DNA of 64,000 bases, taken from Podospora anserina. Its lineage: Eukaryota. A program made the position numbers and the translations under genes. The notes beneath the pieces are model-generated. The model did no database searches, was not told where the DNA came from, and saw nothing but the letters and a program-made list of their open reading frames with translations. Within the stretch, counting starts at the first letter, position 1; each line of letters opens with the position of its first letter. The DNA is taken from contig CM030336.1 in assembly GCA_017654855.1 (NCBI GenBank), positions 496,001 through 560,000 on the forward strand, in the 5' to 3' direction. This document shows positions 49,984 to 61,920 of the stretch, one piece after another.

Positions 49984-50235
49984 CTTTCGGCACATCATCT
50001 TCCTTGAGGGTCGGGGAGAAAGGTTTCGCGTGAGGAGCAGAGTTATTCCGGAGGCTGAAGACGCAGAGAGGAGATTGTGAGCAAACACCGGAGGCGGTAC
50101 GATGGTGGGGACGTTCAAGTCGTACATTTTGTAGATACCAATCCCTTGGACGGAAACGATAATGCAGGTCCAGACGAAGCTCACCAAGGCCGCACCGTGA
50201 ACGATCATCGGCATTGGGTCATAGTGAGTAGTCAT
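49984..50235 (-). pseudogene. 5' fragment of a glucosylceramide synthase (ceramide glucosyltransferase)-like gene, truncated by an LTR
   Basis: Exons 50235-50126 and 50054-49984 give MTTHYDPMPMIVHGAALVSFVWTCIIVSVQGIGIYKILRNNSAPHAKPFSPTLKEDDVPK. This is a TM helix plus the stretch that precedes VTIIRPVKG in fungal GCS. The LTR starts right after. Confidence 0.6.
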
Positions 50236-50536
50236 CGAAGGGAGAGAACAGCAAGGCGCGTAGAAAATTAGGAAAAAGGGCAGTGATCGTGATCAGCAGC
50301 TCTGCTGACGGGAGATTTCGGCGACACAGGAATATAAAAACAGAGGCGCATGGCTGCAAGTTGCATGTCGGAACTCGGAAGCTAAGTCTTATGTGGGGCA
50401 TCATTGCCCTGTCTATTCAACCCTCGCACAGCAAAGAACAATTAAAACTCGCAATGTGATCAATCATTACAGGCATGGGCTCGGTAAAATGAGGGTATTT
50501 TGTGCATCTATGGAGGCGTCGGGGACATTTTCTGCA

Positions 50537-53500
50537 CTAACACCTCCAGTAGCAGTCCATCCGTCGGCTCTGTATGTAAGAATTTCGTCAGTCATCTGCC
50601 ATATCTTCTAGACAGTCTTCAAAGGGGGATTAACTTACCGGTTGAAGATGATTAATACCATCCCACGAGTTCTCATCCCATGCTCCTACCCGACAAAACG
50701 GCATTCTGCTTTCGTCCCTGTTCCCGCTCGACCAGTGCTGGTTGCCGGCTGTGAAGTAAAGATCAAACGACATGAACAGCCTCCTTCTCTCGAGGTTCTC
50801 GCCCGGTGCCGGCCTGTCCCTCTTGAAGTTCACAGCTCCCTTTTCCTTGCGAATATCAACCTGAAGATCCGTCGGGAATCTCGAGCTTGCCTTGTACCAC
50901 GTCATCGAGATGCCAAAGTCCGTATTTGCCGATTCGTAGTTCTGTCGTACTTCGTTGATATAAGAAGTGACTTCCATAAACATTGCGTTGGCGTTAGAGG
51001 TCCAGCTGAACCAGTGGTGCTGGGCGATGTGGATGCGACATGTGGCTGGCTGCGGCGCTGCTGTTGGGGTAGGTTGTGCCGTGGGAGTAGGGACTGCCGT
51101 TGTCGGCGCACAGATGGTGACGTCCTCGCAGGTCTCGCGACCACCACTTCCTACGCAGCGCCGCGTCGTCGTCTTGGGACAGTTACCGAGGTCTGGCGCT
51201 CCTGTCAATGTCGGCATCGGAGGCCTGGTGACCTTGTGCGCTGGGTCCTCCGGGTCGTGATAGTCGGGGGGTGGCCCGACCGGCGTCGGCGTGCAGTAGT
51301 AACCGGTGCATATCTTCCCGCACTGGCCGTCTCGTTTCCCAAGTCCAATGGGCTTGTTGCAAAGGGGTCCGGCAGGTCCGGGCTTGTGTTCGATAGGATC
51401 TCCGCTTGGCCCACCACCGCCACTGCCACCACCGCTGTCACCACCACCGCCGGGGGGGCTAAACAGCTTATCTGCGTCTGGTTTCTTGATGTCCTCAATC
51501 TTAGGGCAAACCTTGTCCAGCTGCGCATTACCACCTTGGCCCTTGGCCTCGGTGGTGTCAAGGAGGCAGTGGCCAAGGTTAAACACTTGACCATTCCACG
51601 CTGTGCTGACCAAGGTATCGATCTTGCCCACTGGAATCTTTGGCTTTGCAGGGTTCTTGTCGGGTTTTCCCATAGGGAGAGGCCGGGAAAGTATCTTGAT
51701 GAGGGCCTTGAGGCGTTTCGGATCCTTGAGGTCCTCCTTCCACTTTGACGGCAAAGAGCGGAGATTGGCAGCCATTGCTGCAACCAGGGGTGCCGCTGTT
51801 GGAGGGTTGAAAAGTCAGCTATCGTCCACAGACAGCAAATTGTCGTGGGAAACTTACCCATTGAGCTTCCGTCGTCCGTCGCGAAACCCTTTCCAGGAAC
51901 AGCGATGTAAGTCTTTTCACCTGGAGCATAAGTAACCCATCTACCGGCAGACTTTGCGTCAGTAATCATGGCCTGCAATATATTGAAAAGGAAGATCATG
52001 AGAGCTTACTGTTGGTAAGGGGCGAAGGTTGCTACACGCTGACTTTGCTGCACTGCGCCCACCGAAAGGACGTTGCTGAGGTAGTCGGCGCGAGAGACAT
52101 CGCCCCAACCGGCTGGGTAAGCATCAATGTTATCACCTCTCTCCTTGTAGGAATTGTGGATAGCGGCGACAACGAGCACGTTATACTGGCCGAGCTTCTT
52201 GATAATTTTGTCTGTGGTTGCGATGCACTGTCAGTATATGGTCGTTATTCTGCCACGTCCTTGGCAAACTCGGAGTTGACTCACATAGCATCCTGATCCT
52301 GGCCTCGCTGGCACCATCCGTGAACATGCCGCCAGAATAGTTGATGATGGCTCGGCCTTCCTTGTTGTTCGCAGAATCAAGAATGTCATCCATAACTCGT
52401 ATAAATGTCTCAAGCACGGCTGCTTCCTCGAAATGTCTGGTTTTTGCGCCTGAGTTGCCTGTGTAGGTGAATCCACTCCCTGGGTTGACTGGCAAGACCA
52501 TGGTGACCTCTCTGCCGGCCCCGAGGAGGTTTCCGAGAATCTTGGATGAGACAGCGGTTCCGTGCTTCCAATCGAAAGCGGAGACAGGCTTGGGTGTTTT
52601 CGCGTCGCCACCGTACGGCGACGAGTAAGGCCACCTGATCAAGCGCCCGCCTAACCCTTGGAACTCCTGTTCAAAAAGTCAGATCTATGCTGTTCAATGA
52701 CACCAAGCCAGGTGAAAGATGGGTAGACTTACTGCATGGCTGGTATCTATGTCCGACTCCATATTGTATATGTACTGCGTTGGGCCAGTGCCTTTGGGGT
52801 ACCAATATTTGTTGAACCATCTGTCGGGTTTCTTGGGGTCCTGCTTTCTTGCTGAGGTCCCAGACCTCCTCCATGACTGAAATCCTGTGTACAAGGGAGG
52901 TGCCGAAAGCTGAGAAAGCTCCCAATACTCCGCCGTTTCGTGTTCCCCATAGTCGTTCCTCTTACGAAGGACTCCAGAAATAGTCTCATTGAGGTCGCGA
53001 TGAATATCTGGTATCTCAGTTGAAGAGGTAAGGTTCCCAGGTGACTGATCTCGGGAGAAGTGCCGAGGAACAACTGCTGGGCCGCCACCACCGGACCCAG
53101 GGAACTTCCCCTGCCAGATATCGGTAACAGGCCGTGGCGTTTTAGCGTCCGCCAATGCCGTTTTGGCCTTAGCCTCTGCATTCATCTCAGAGAGGTAGTA
53201 TATGTCGTCAATCTGAAATCACACTTATTAGCTCCTGTCCTTGCGCTCGACTTTGATAAAAGTAAGAAAGATAATCGGAGGTAGCTGGCTGGCTGACTTA
53301 CACCGTAGGTCCCTTTGGCGCCACTAAGTGTGTCCAAGCTTGCACGGTCAAGCTGGACAACGTGGAAAAAGGCAGTAAACTTCGCCCTATCGGACTTGAT
53401 CTCTGTGTATGACCATGGCTGCTTCTTTGGGTTATTGTTGACGTCCCTGAGCCAGGTGCGGATGGCCTGGACATTTTCAGGGTTGTCAGGTATGATTAAG

Positions 53501-56500
53501 GCATCCCCAATTTGGCATGGGCTCTTCTTTTTGGCTCTAGCTTGCAGGAACGGTCGAGATCTCTCCTCGAGGGTACCAGCAGCTCCTTGAACTGGGGTTG
53601 GCGTTGCGACAACCTCGCGCTTTGCCACCGGGGTGACAGTGCAACCATCAAAAGTCTGGGTCGACGAATTGTCATCCTCCACCTCGCATCCGTAGATAGT
53701 AGCGCATGTCTCCTTCGTCGTAGACGAGGTCGTTCTGGTTGTGCCACCTTCCACAACGCCGGCGTACGAAGTCGTCATCTTGCAAAGCTCGGCGGTCTGG
53801 GTCTTGCAGTTGCTCGGCTTCTCGGGTGTGGGAATCGGGCCTCTGGTCGGTATTGTGATGGCTGGCCATTTTGGTAGACGTCCCTTGACCGTGATACCGG
53901 GAAGCTTTGGCCAGTCGATATTCGGGGGACCACTCCTATAGGGCCCGGGGGGCAGAGGAGGGAAAACCCAACCGAAGACCTTGAGTTCTGGCCAGTCGAT
54001 GCAAATGAAGAAGAACCAAGCCTTGCACGACAGGTACACACCCGCGGGCTCGTCATCGTCATCGTCGGAATCTTGAGGGTCGTCTTCTCTTGGCGGATCC
54101 GGCACTGGCGTGGTGATGGGCTGAATGATATTACCTGAGCCTGTAGGAAATGGCTTGATATCAGGAGCCTGTGTCCCCGTGAACAAAGTGCAGCCAATGA
54201 GAAGTGTGCTCTCAGGAGGTGCATCCATTGCCTTCGTTCCCGTAGGTGCGCACCCGCCCAAAGTTACTTGACCCTGGCAATTGTCAAGCGTCAAGATGGC
54301 GTGAAACTCATCAATCTCCAACACGCCACCCGGCGGGCAGTCCCAGACCATTGGAGGTCCAGATCCTAGAGGAGGTCGATCAATGATTGGATTTTGATCA
54401 TCAGATGGTAGGTCGCTGTTGTCTGGAATGTCGACTCCAGATGGGTCGTCAGGCAGCGGGCCATCTGTCACTGACGGCCAGGGCGGAAGAGTAATCCATC
54501 GCGAAGTTGGCGGTGCACCACCCCCTGGAGGCGTGACGACGACGGGAATAGGGGGGATATCAATACTTGGGTTGGCGTAGAAAGGGGGAATGCCACCGGC
54601 ACCACCGCCATTTGTTGGATTGGCGATGGTAATATTGACATTGGACATGGGCATCTCATTTGTCGTAATGTTGGGCGCATAGACGGTGATGGTCGTCGTT
54701 TCGACGACAAATGATGCACCCTGGCTGCGGCCCACCTCAATGGATGTTGTATAGGGTGGAATCGAGATTACCGTTGGTGCCGGGAGTGAGCTGGGTGGCA
54801 AGATAAGACGGCAAGGCGGCGTACAGTAGGCAGTCCTTTCGCGGTACACCTCGGTCCCCAGATAAACGACTTCGACATCGTCCTCGTCTAAACTGGCGTC
54901 GGGATACCACTCTTGCAGATCGACTGCCCAATCAGTGGTGCCCAGGAAATTGTACGAGTGGTAAAACTCGGTTCTCTTGTCCTTCATCTCGTCGTCCATC
55001 CAGGCCACCCATTCTGTGTTGTCATACACCATGATGTTGGAACCTTCTTTGTTGTAGCGCTTGTTGGCCCTGCCTTGAGCAATGATCTGGTTGATCTCGG
55101 CGTTTGAGATGTATCCAGCAGTGTCCGTACACCGACCTTTGGCAGCATGGGAGTTGCGGTTGTCGCCCGTGAACAGGCAGGACTCGCCGTCGCACCCAGC
55201 CTGGGCCATCTTGAAGGACCGTCCGTAACTGGAGACACCAACCAGGACCTTGTTGGAAGGGGCACCCGCCTTGGTAATCATGGAGAGCGCGTCCCTGGTC
55301 TCAGTCTCATTGACATGTGACCGCAAGCAATTGCCCGTCGGGCAGCCAGGCGAAGTCCACTTATTACCAGCATCCCACTGGCCGTGAAGATCATAGGTCA
55401 TAAAGACAATATAGTCGAGAGCTTGGGCCATTTGCTTGACAGGAAAGGAGCGGAGGTACCAGAACGACGCTGGTGCGGCGAACGAGACTGTCTTGGAATC
55501 GCCGACCTCGGCCTTGATGCTGGCCAAGAGTCTGTAGTAGTTGAGACCATTTACCGGATCATCAGCGGGAATGTCCGGGATGTCAGGGGCACCTGGATAT
55601 TCCCAGTCAAGGTCGATGCCGTCAAGGTTGTGCTCGTTGATGAAGGAGATGATGTTGCGCTTGAACAGGTCGCGGTTGGCTGGTTGGGCGGCCTCGCGGA
55701 GAATCATGAAGGTCTCTGGCAGAGCACTGAAGTCCCAGCCACCTAGAGATACAACCTTCTTGACGCCCTGAAGCTTCTTGAAACGTTCAAACTGCTTCTT
55801 GACTAACGGGTCCGTGATCTCGATCCGGAAATCGCCTCGCGTGACATTGGGAAAGGCAAAGTGAACGTGGGTGTAAGTGCTTGTGTCGATTTGGGTAGCA
55901 TCCATGTGCAGGCACTTGCGGCCGAAGTTCCAGCCCTCAAAATAGCCAAGCTTGATATGCTTTGCCGGCGCGGGGCCCTTGATGATGTCTCTGCCGCAGT
56001 TGCTGATGCATCCGTGCTGGCCAGGAGCTGCAGTACCGGGGGCACCAGTCTCGGACTTGGAAACGACACAGAAATCATCGGTCATACCGCATTGCCCCCA
56101 AATGTTGCAGCACACGTTGAGAGGGCACGGGTTCATCGTGCTGATGTTGGTCCCTAAGGGGGGCCGGACGGTGCCGTTCATGGTTGGTCCACAGATTGCG
56201 TTCTACCAAGCCGAAGCAGGTCAGTATAGGAAGTGGAAGAAGCAGTTTGCCTTGGGTTGACTTACAGGGACAATAGCAGGCATCGGCGCAGCTCCGTCGC
56301 TGACGCACATGTTGAAATCGGGATAAAGCAACTTGCAGCCATTCCAACCCCATGTGTTCTTGTTGAAGTTCTCCAGTTGGGTCACACTGAGCATGTTGCT
56401 TGCAGCAATCTTGGCGCAGTTGTCGTCCTTCTTGGTCCGATAGACGGCACAATAGCCATCGGCACCCTTCTTGGGCCTAAGGTCGGGAAGGTTGCCCCGG

Positions 56501-57895
56501 CTGCAGCACACATGCTGACCTTCGGACAGTTTGGAGCAAAGCCCGGACTGAGGATTCGCCTTGGTGAAGTCATCGCCAGTAATTCCCTGTACGTTGTATT
56601 GTCAGTCTCTCTTTTGTCCACGACGTGCGTAGGTCAAGCGGAAAGTAAGTTTAACTTACGCATTTGTTGGCCAATGAGCCACAGTCGTCGCCCAACACAA
56701 CCTGGCGCGTCTTACACGTGCCGTCAGAGTTTCCGGGGGGGAGGGTACTGGGGAGGGTGCCGGTGCTGCAGCAGACGCGCTCGCCCAGAACAAGTGAGTT
56801 GCAGAGGTTGGCGCGGTTGAAGTTCTGCAGTTGAGTCTGCGAGATGCCACATCTCTGGGCCACAGCCCAGCAACCCTCGCCGGCCTGGACGGTAGTGACC
56901 CTGCAATCAGCTCGGGGGCTGAGCCGGGCGAACCTGGCAAAAATATCTCCAGGCGCGGAATGGCGAGAGCTGGCGGTGCTGTTGGAGATGGTGTCGTTCT
57001 TGGACAACTCCTCCAAGGGAACAGGAACGCGCAGAGTGACCGGCATCCAGTCCTGGCCCGCACCCACCTGTGAGACACATTTGCCATCAGCCCATGTCTT
57101 GACCACCTCCTGGACGAAATCGAGATTCTTGGCGCTGCTGGCGACGATGCCAATGCTGTAATCGGCACCACGATCTTTGGCACCACACAACTGCACCACG
57201 GTGGTTCCTGAGACCGACTCGTTCTGAACATGCTCGAGGAATTGCTGAAGGACATCTGATGTGACACCGTGCTGGTGCACTTCAGCGCCGGCAAAAACAC
57301 CGATGACCGACGTCTGCGAGTAGCCAAAGGCCATGGCGTTGTTGGAGCATGACGGCTTCTGAGAGGCAAGATAGCTCTTGACCTGACGACCAGCTGATAG
57401 CAGATGGGTCGGCGAGAACTCGCCGTCTTTACCGGGCCGGTGAATGGAGATGGAGGCATCCTCCAGCACTTTGTTGGCGGTGGTACAGAGCGATGCCTTG
57501 GTCGAGTCTGGCACGAAAGCAACCCTCATGGACGGAGAAGTGTCGTAGTCTGCTGTGCAGGCCCTGATGACGGTGGGCATGTCCTTGACCTCGGCCATCT
57601 GGACAACCACATTGAGCAGCATGGTCTCCTTGCATGACGCCAACTGATCCGCCTCCGGGAACAGGAACCAGGGGCCCTCCCCGGCTTTGCTGCAAGAAAT
57701 GGGGCATGGCTTGAGGGCCTCAAGAGGCTGCGCCTGTACCGCAGAGAGCCATTTGTCGAGATCCTCGTCTGCTTCGGTGATGTCGACGAAAGAACTTGAG
57801 GATATAAAGGACTGGTCTGTGGCCACGAACCCGCCCGTTGCTCTCGCTGCCCCCGCTGCCCCCGAGGCTACGAGGGCGTAGAGATATGCCTTCAT
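50537..57895 (-). CDS. Giant secreted subgroup C (killer-toxin-like) chitinase fused to a subtilase-like domain: signal peptide-3xLysM-CBM18-GH18-linker-S8-Cys-rich C-terminus (~2264 aa)
   Basis: Nine exons: 57895-56660, 56586-56266, 56202-53302, 53212-52733, 52666-52285, 52211-52010, 51940-51858, 51795-50639, 50569-50537. All eight introns are GT-AG, 62-89 nt, with branch sites and matching phases; 6795 nt in total. CBM18: CPLNVCCNIWGQCG. GH18: SLGGW and DGIDLDWEYP. S8: HGTAVSS, IINYSGG, AAIHN, GSSMAAPLVA. Confidence 0.85.
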
Positions 57896-59965
57896 GATAA
57901 ACGACGAGATAACTGCGTGCAGCAGGTTCTCTCAGAGAGGAGATGTGATGGGAAAAAAGTGTGCCTTGCACCATCCAGGGTTGGATGACGATGCCAGACA
58001 GAATGACCTCGGGAGTAAGAGGTGAGTAAACAAAGAATGAGATACCAAATAGACAACAGACAGACTAGCTTGTAGATCATGGGTGAAGCAATATAAAAGG
58101 GAAAACGAGCATGATCTCTTTCAGCCTTGAGGGTACGTACCCAACTGAAAGCTGGCCACCGTCAGTTTACACTAGCACCGGCGATATAGACACCCCGGAA
58201 TTTGTGTTCTTGAAAATGATTGGTATATCGCAGCAACGGTTCCTAGTTAGACATGTACCTGTGTATCCATATGCGAGAATTTGAACGAGGAATTGGCCTC
58301 CGCACAAACATACCTTAGCTGGAATACTACAGTTCTTTTGCGCACATTTCCACCTTGCTCTTCGGATGATCAAAATGCAAGGGGTGACCCCTGAGTGCCG
58401 TTGTGAAGAACCATCATCATGGTTGATCTATCGACATGAGCCAAGTAGACACGCTAGTATCAAAGTGTGGTTAGGTAGGCTGCAAGGTACCAGACAAGGT
58501 GATAGAATGCAACCGGTACATCGCGCCCTCAAATTTACCGTTGGCTCTTCAAGTTGGGGATTTGTTAAGTAGCTAGGCTGTGACTGTTGGATGTTAGTGG
58601 TGGCATAATGCAACGTCGGACGGGCTAGAAACACAAAGCTGGGGATAATGCCTTACCTAGCGTGGGTTTCTCAGGTACTAAAGGGAACCGAAGGAGCACA
58701 AGTCCATGAGGTGGATCTAGTTGAAATCCATATTTTTATCGGATTGTGGGTATGCCAATCTCTTTGAGTGGCTTTCTCTGTAACTCCATCGGCGTGGAGC
58801 TCGGTCCACACTACATGAAGGTGTCGCATCCGCGGCAGATGCACCTTCGTTCACGGGTTTGGGTCGTTTGGATCAAGTGCAGCTCAAATCTTTGAAAATC
58901 AACTGTCAAGTCCCGGGTCTGGTGGCAGTCTGGATCTTGATCCATTGGCGACGCAAACGTTGCGGATGGTGGACTAGTATCACACATCTAATCGGATTAG
59001 ATGATCAACAAGAAAAAAGTCATGAAGGACTTGCATATGGTCTGAACCCTGCATATTCACATCTGAAGTCTTGATTCTCTATTTATGTGAAGACACCTTC
59101 CTGATTGGTCTCTAGGTGGAGTGGACGAGGCTCAGTTTTCAACTATTACTTTTTCTTCATCTTGTTGGTCGAAGCCTGCTGCTGTGCCCCTACCAAGCCA
59201 TATGATAAACGAGAAGATATACGCTGCGCCACCTCAATAGGTCGGTTTGTCGGCAGACTCAGCAGCCGTGCCGAAACAACCCAATTTTTTTTTGGCCTAC
59301 ACTACGACTCTGGCCTCGTCAGGCGTTGTGTCAGCATGCCACTGGGGATTTTACCACATGATGAAAATATCTTCTTAGCTGGCAGCATTTTCCCGGCGAT
59401 CACACTGTTGGCGGGAAGCTGAGGAAGTTCAGTACCCACTGTGTCCTCGTCCCGTCCACTGGGCATTGTCAACAGGGATCTAATCCGCCTTGAGACCAAC
59501 CAACCGGAAAGGAAACGGTTCACAGAACAGTAGATAGGTCTGGCAAATATTTCGTTCGGATCCGGCCGCTATGGTCGCATTGTCTCAAGTGATACACTGT
59601 TCTGTGCCTAATGTAACTTCAATCCCATGTCGCGATTATACAGTTACTATGTGGGTTCGTTAGGTATGGCTATGCATGGCTCTTGTTCCAATCGTCCTAT
59701 TAAGATTCGGTATGGAGTCATGTATATCCACTTGTAGCTCCATTGAGGGCCTAGCCTCGGCGGACTATGAATGGCTTCAAGGCTCAGTGCTCGGAACAAT
59801 GAGACTCTGCGCTGACATCCGGCCAGAAGAGAGCTTGTCCAGTCCTGCTGGTTTATATAATGAGCTGAAATCCTTCGGTATCTCGGACCTGAAGACTTGT
59901 CCACCAGGCTCTCTCTTCAATCCGAGTCCACCAGCCAACCGGGTCATCATCTCTACTCAGTCACC

Positions 59966-61353
59966 ATGCTGTCTTCTGCGTACGCTCTGGTTCTGGCCGC
60001 CGGCCTTGTCACGGCTGGGACTACTGGCAGACATGCATCTTTGTTGGAAGCACGCGATGGCCCATTGCCATCGCTGCCCTACGACCCCAAGACGTCGAGT
60101 TACTGCACCTGGTGGGCTGATGTCAGGTCGGCTACCACCTGCGACGCTATTGTCAGCGAGAACTTTATTTCCTTGGCTCAGTTTAGACAATGGGTAAGTC
60201 TTCTGAAGCAGCACTTTGGGCTGAGTTAGTCCCTTACTTGTTCGGAGACCTTTGCTGACTTGTTTGCTAGAATCCTTCCCTCTCTGCTACTTGCTCGGTA
60301 GAGGTCGGGAAGTCGTACTGTGTTGAGGCTTACGGCGAACCTGCGCCGGGTATCTCTTCGACCAAAGCGGCAACCACCACCACTCCGTCCTTATCTACCG
60401 TTGTTCCTCCAGTGACCACTACGACACCCGGAAACGGCATCACCACACCCACTCCCACCCAGGCCAGCATCGTCAACAACTGTGACGCCTTCCACTTTGT
60501 CACGGCCGGTCAAACGTGCGAGACGATTGCCTCTCTATACCGTATCTCCCAGGATCAGTTCAAGGCATGGAATCCCAATGTTGGCGCGTCATGCACCGGA
60601 CTCTGGGCCAATGCCTATGCTTGCGTGTCTATCATCGGCCATGAACCGTCGCCCACCACACCCGGGAATGGCATCGCCACCCCCACGCCTACTCAAGCCT
60701 CCATCGTGAACAACTGTGACGAGTTCTACTTCGTCGCAGTTGGTGACACCTGTGAGATCATTGCGGCAAAACATGGTATCACCCAGGCTCAGTTCCTCAG
60801 CTGGAATCCGAGCGTGGGCTCAACCTGCACTGGACTCTGGGCCAATGCCTACGCCTGCGTCTCCATCATCGGCCACACCCCGACTAAGCCGAGCACCACC
60901 ACCAGCGTCGGCAACGGTATTGCCACCCCGACGCCTATTCAGCCGAATATGGTGAAAAACTGTGACTCGTTCTACAAGATCAAGTCTGGAGACACGTGCG
61001 CCACCATCGCCGCCTCCAAAGGCGTCACCGTGGCGCAACTGACCACTTGGAACCCCTACGTCAAGTCCGACTGCACTCTCCTGTGGCTCGACTACTACGT
61101 TTGCATTTCCATTGTCGGACACACGCCCACGCCCGTCAACCCAGGCAATGGCATCCAGACACCCACCCCTTACCAGAGCGGTATGACCACCTCGTGCAAG
61201 ACTTTCCACTTCGTCCAGTCTGGTCAGACCTGCCAGACCATCACTCAACGCTACGGAATTACCCAGGCCAACTTTGTCAAATGGAACCCGGCAGTCAAAA
61301 ACGACTGCACTGGCATGTGGGCAAATGCCTATGTTTGCGTTGCTGTCCTCTGA
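59966..61353 (+). CDS. Secreted multi-LysM effector-like protein (5 LysM domains, ~436 aa)
   Basis: Exons 59966-60193 and 60271-61353. Signal peptide, then repeated C..F..V..G.TC..IA...I....F..WNP.V...CT.LW...YACV fungal LysM units separated by GNGI.TPTP.Q linkers. Confidence 0.92.
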
Positions 61354-61920
61354 ATAAGGGGCGCAGTCAAATGTTAGGATTGTAGCTATGTCTATCCACT
61401 GTTAAGAAAGCATCAATGGCATGTAGATGATCGGATGGATGAACAGAACCTTGATCCCATATGATGCTGTGCTTTGGTTGCGCGTGATTCTGTGTTTCGC
61501 ATGTACCGTGAATAGATCTCTTATGGAATGCCCTGTGAACCTGAAAATGAACATGTTCAAGTGATGTCGAGTTTGAAGTGGCACTTACAGCCGTGGTTCG
61601 CTCTCAAAAAGGGAGCGATGTCACGGCGGACGGCGACGCTTGATCAACCTGCCTAACTGAAGGTGGCTTGGCGCAGACGCTTGGGCCACCGCGTCGTTTT
61701 ACTGGCAAGGCATATCCGTATATAGTGGACGGCTTGCCCTTTCTCCAACACTGTTAACACGAACTCCACCACCAACCAACCATCCCTGGAACCACAATCC
61801 CAGATACCGCGCTCTCGATTTGTGGTAGGACTCTACAGTCCACAGTTTACCTTTTTTCAACGGACTCTCCAAAGTAAAGGGAGCCCTTTCTGTATCCACA
61901 AGCAACGCTCACAACCTACC

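Noticed and set aside
50642-51748. 368-aa + strand ORF
   Set aside because: Antisense shadow of exon 8 of the chitinase-subtilase gene.
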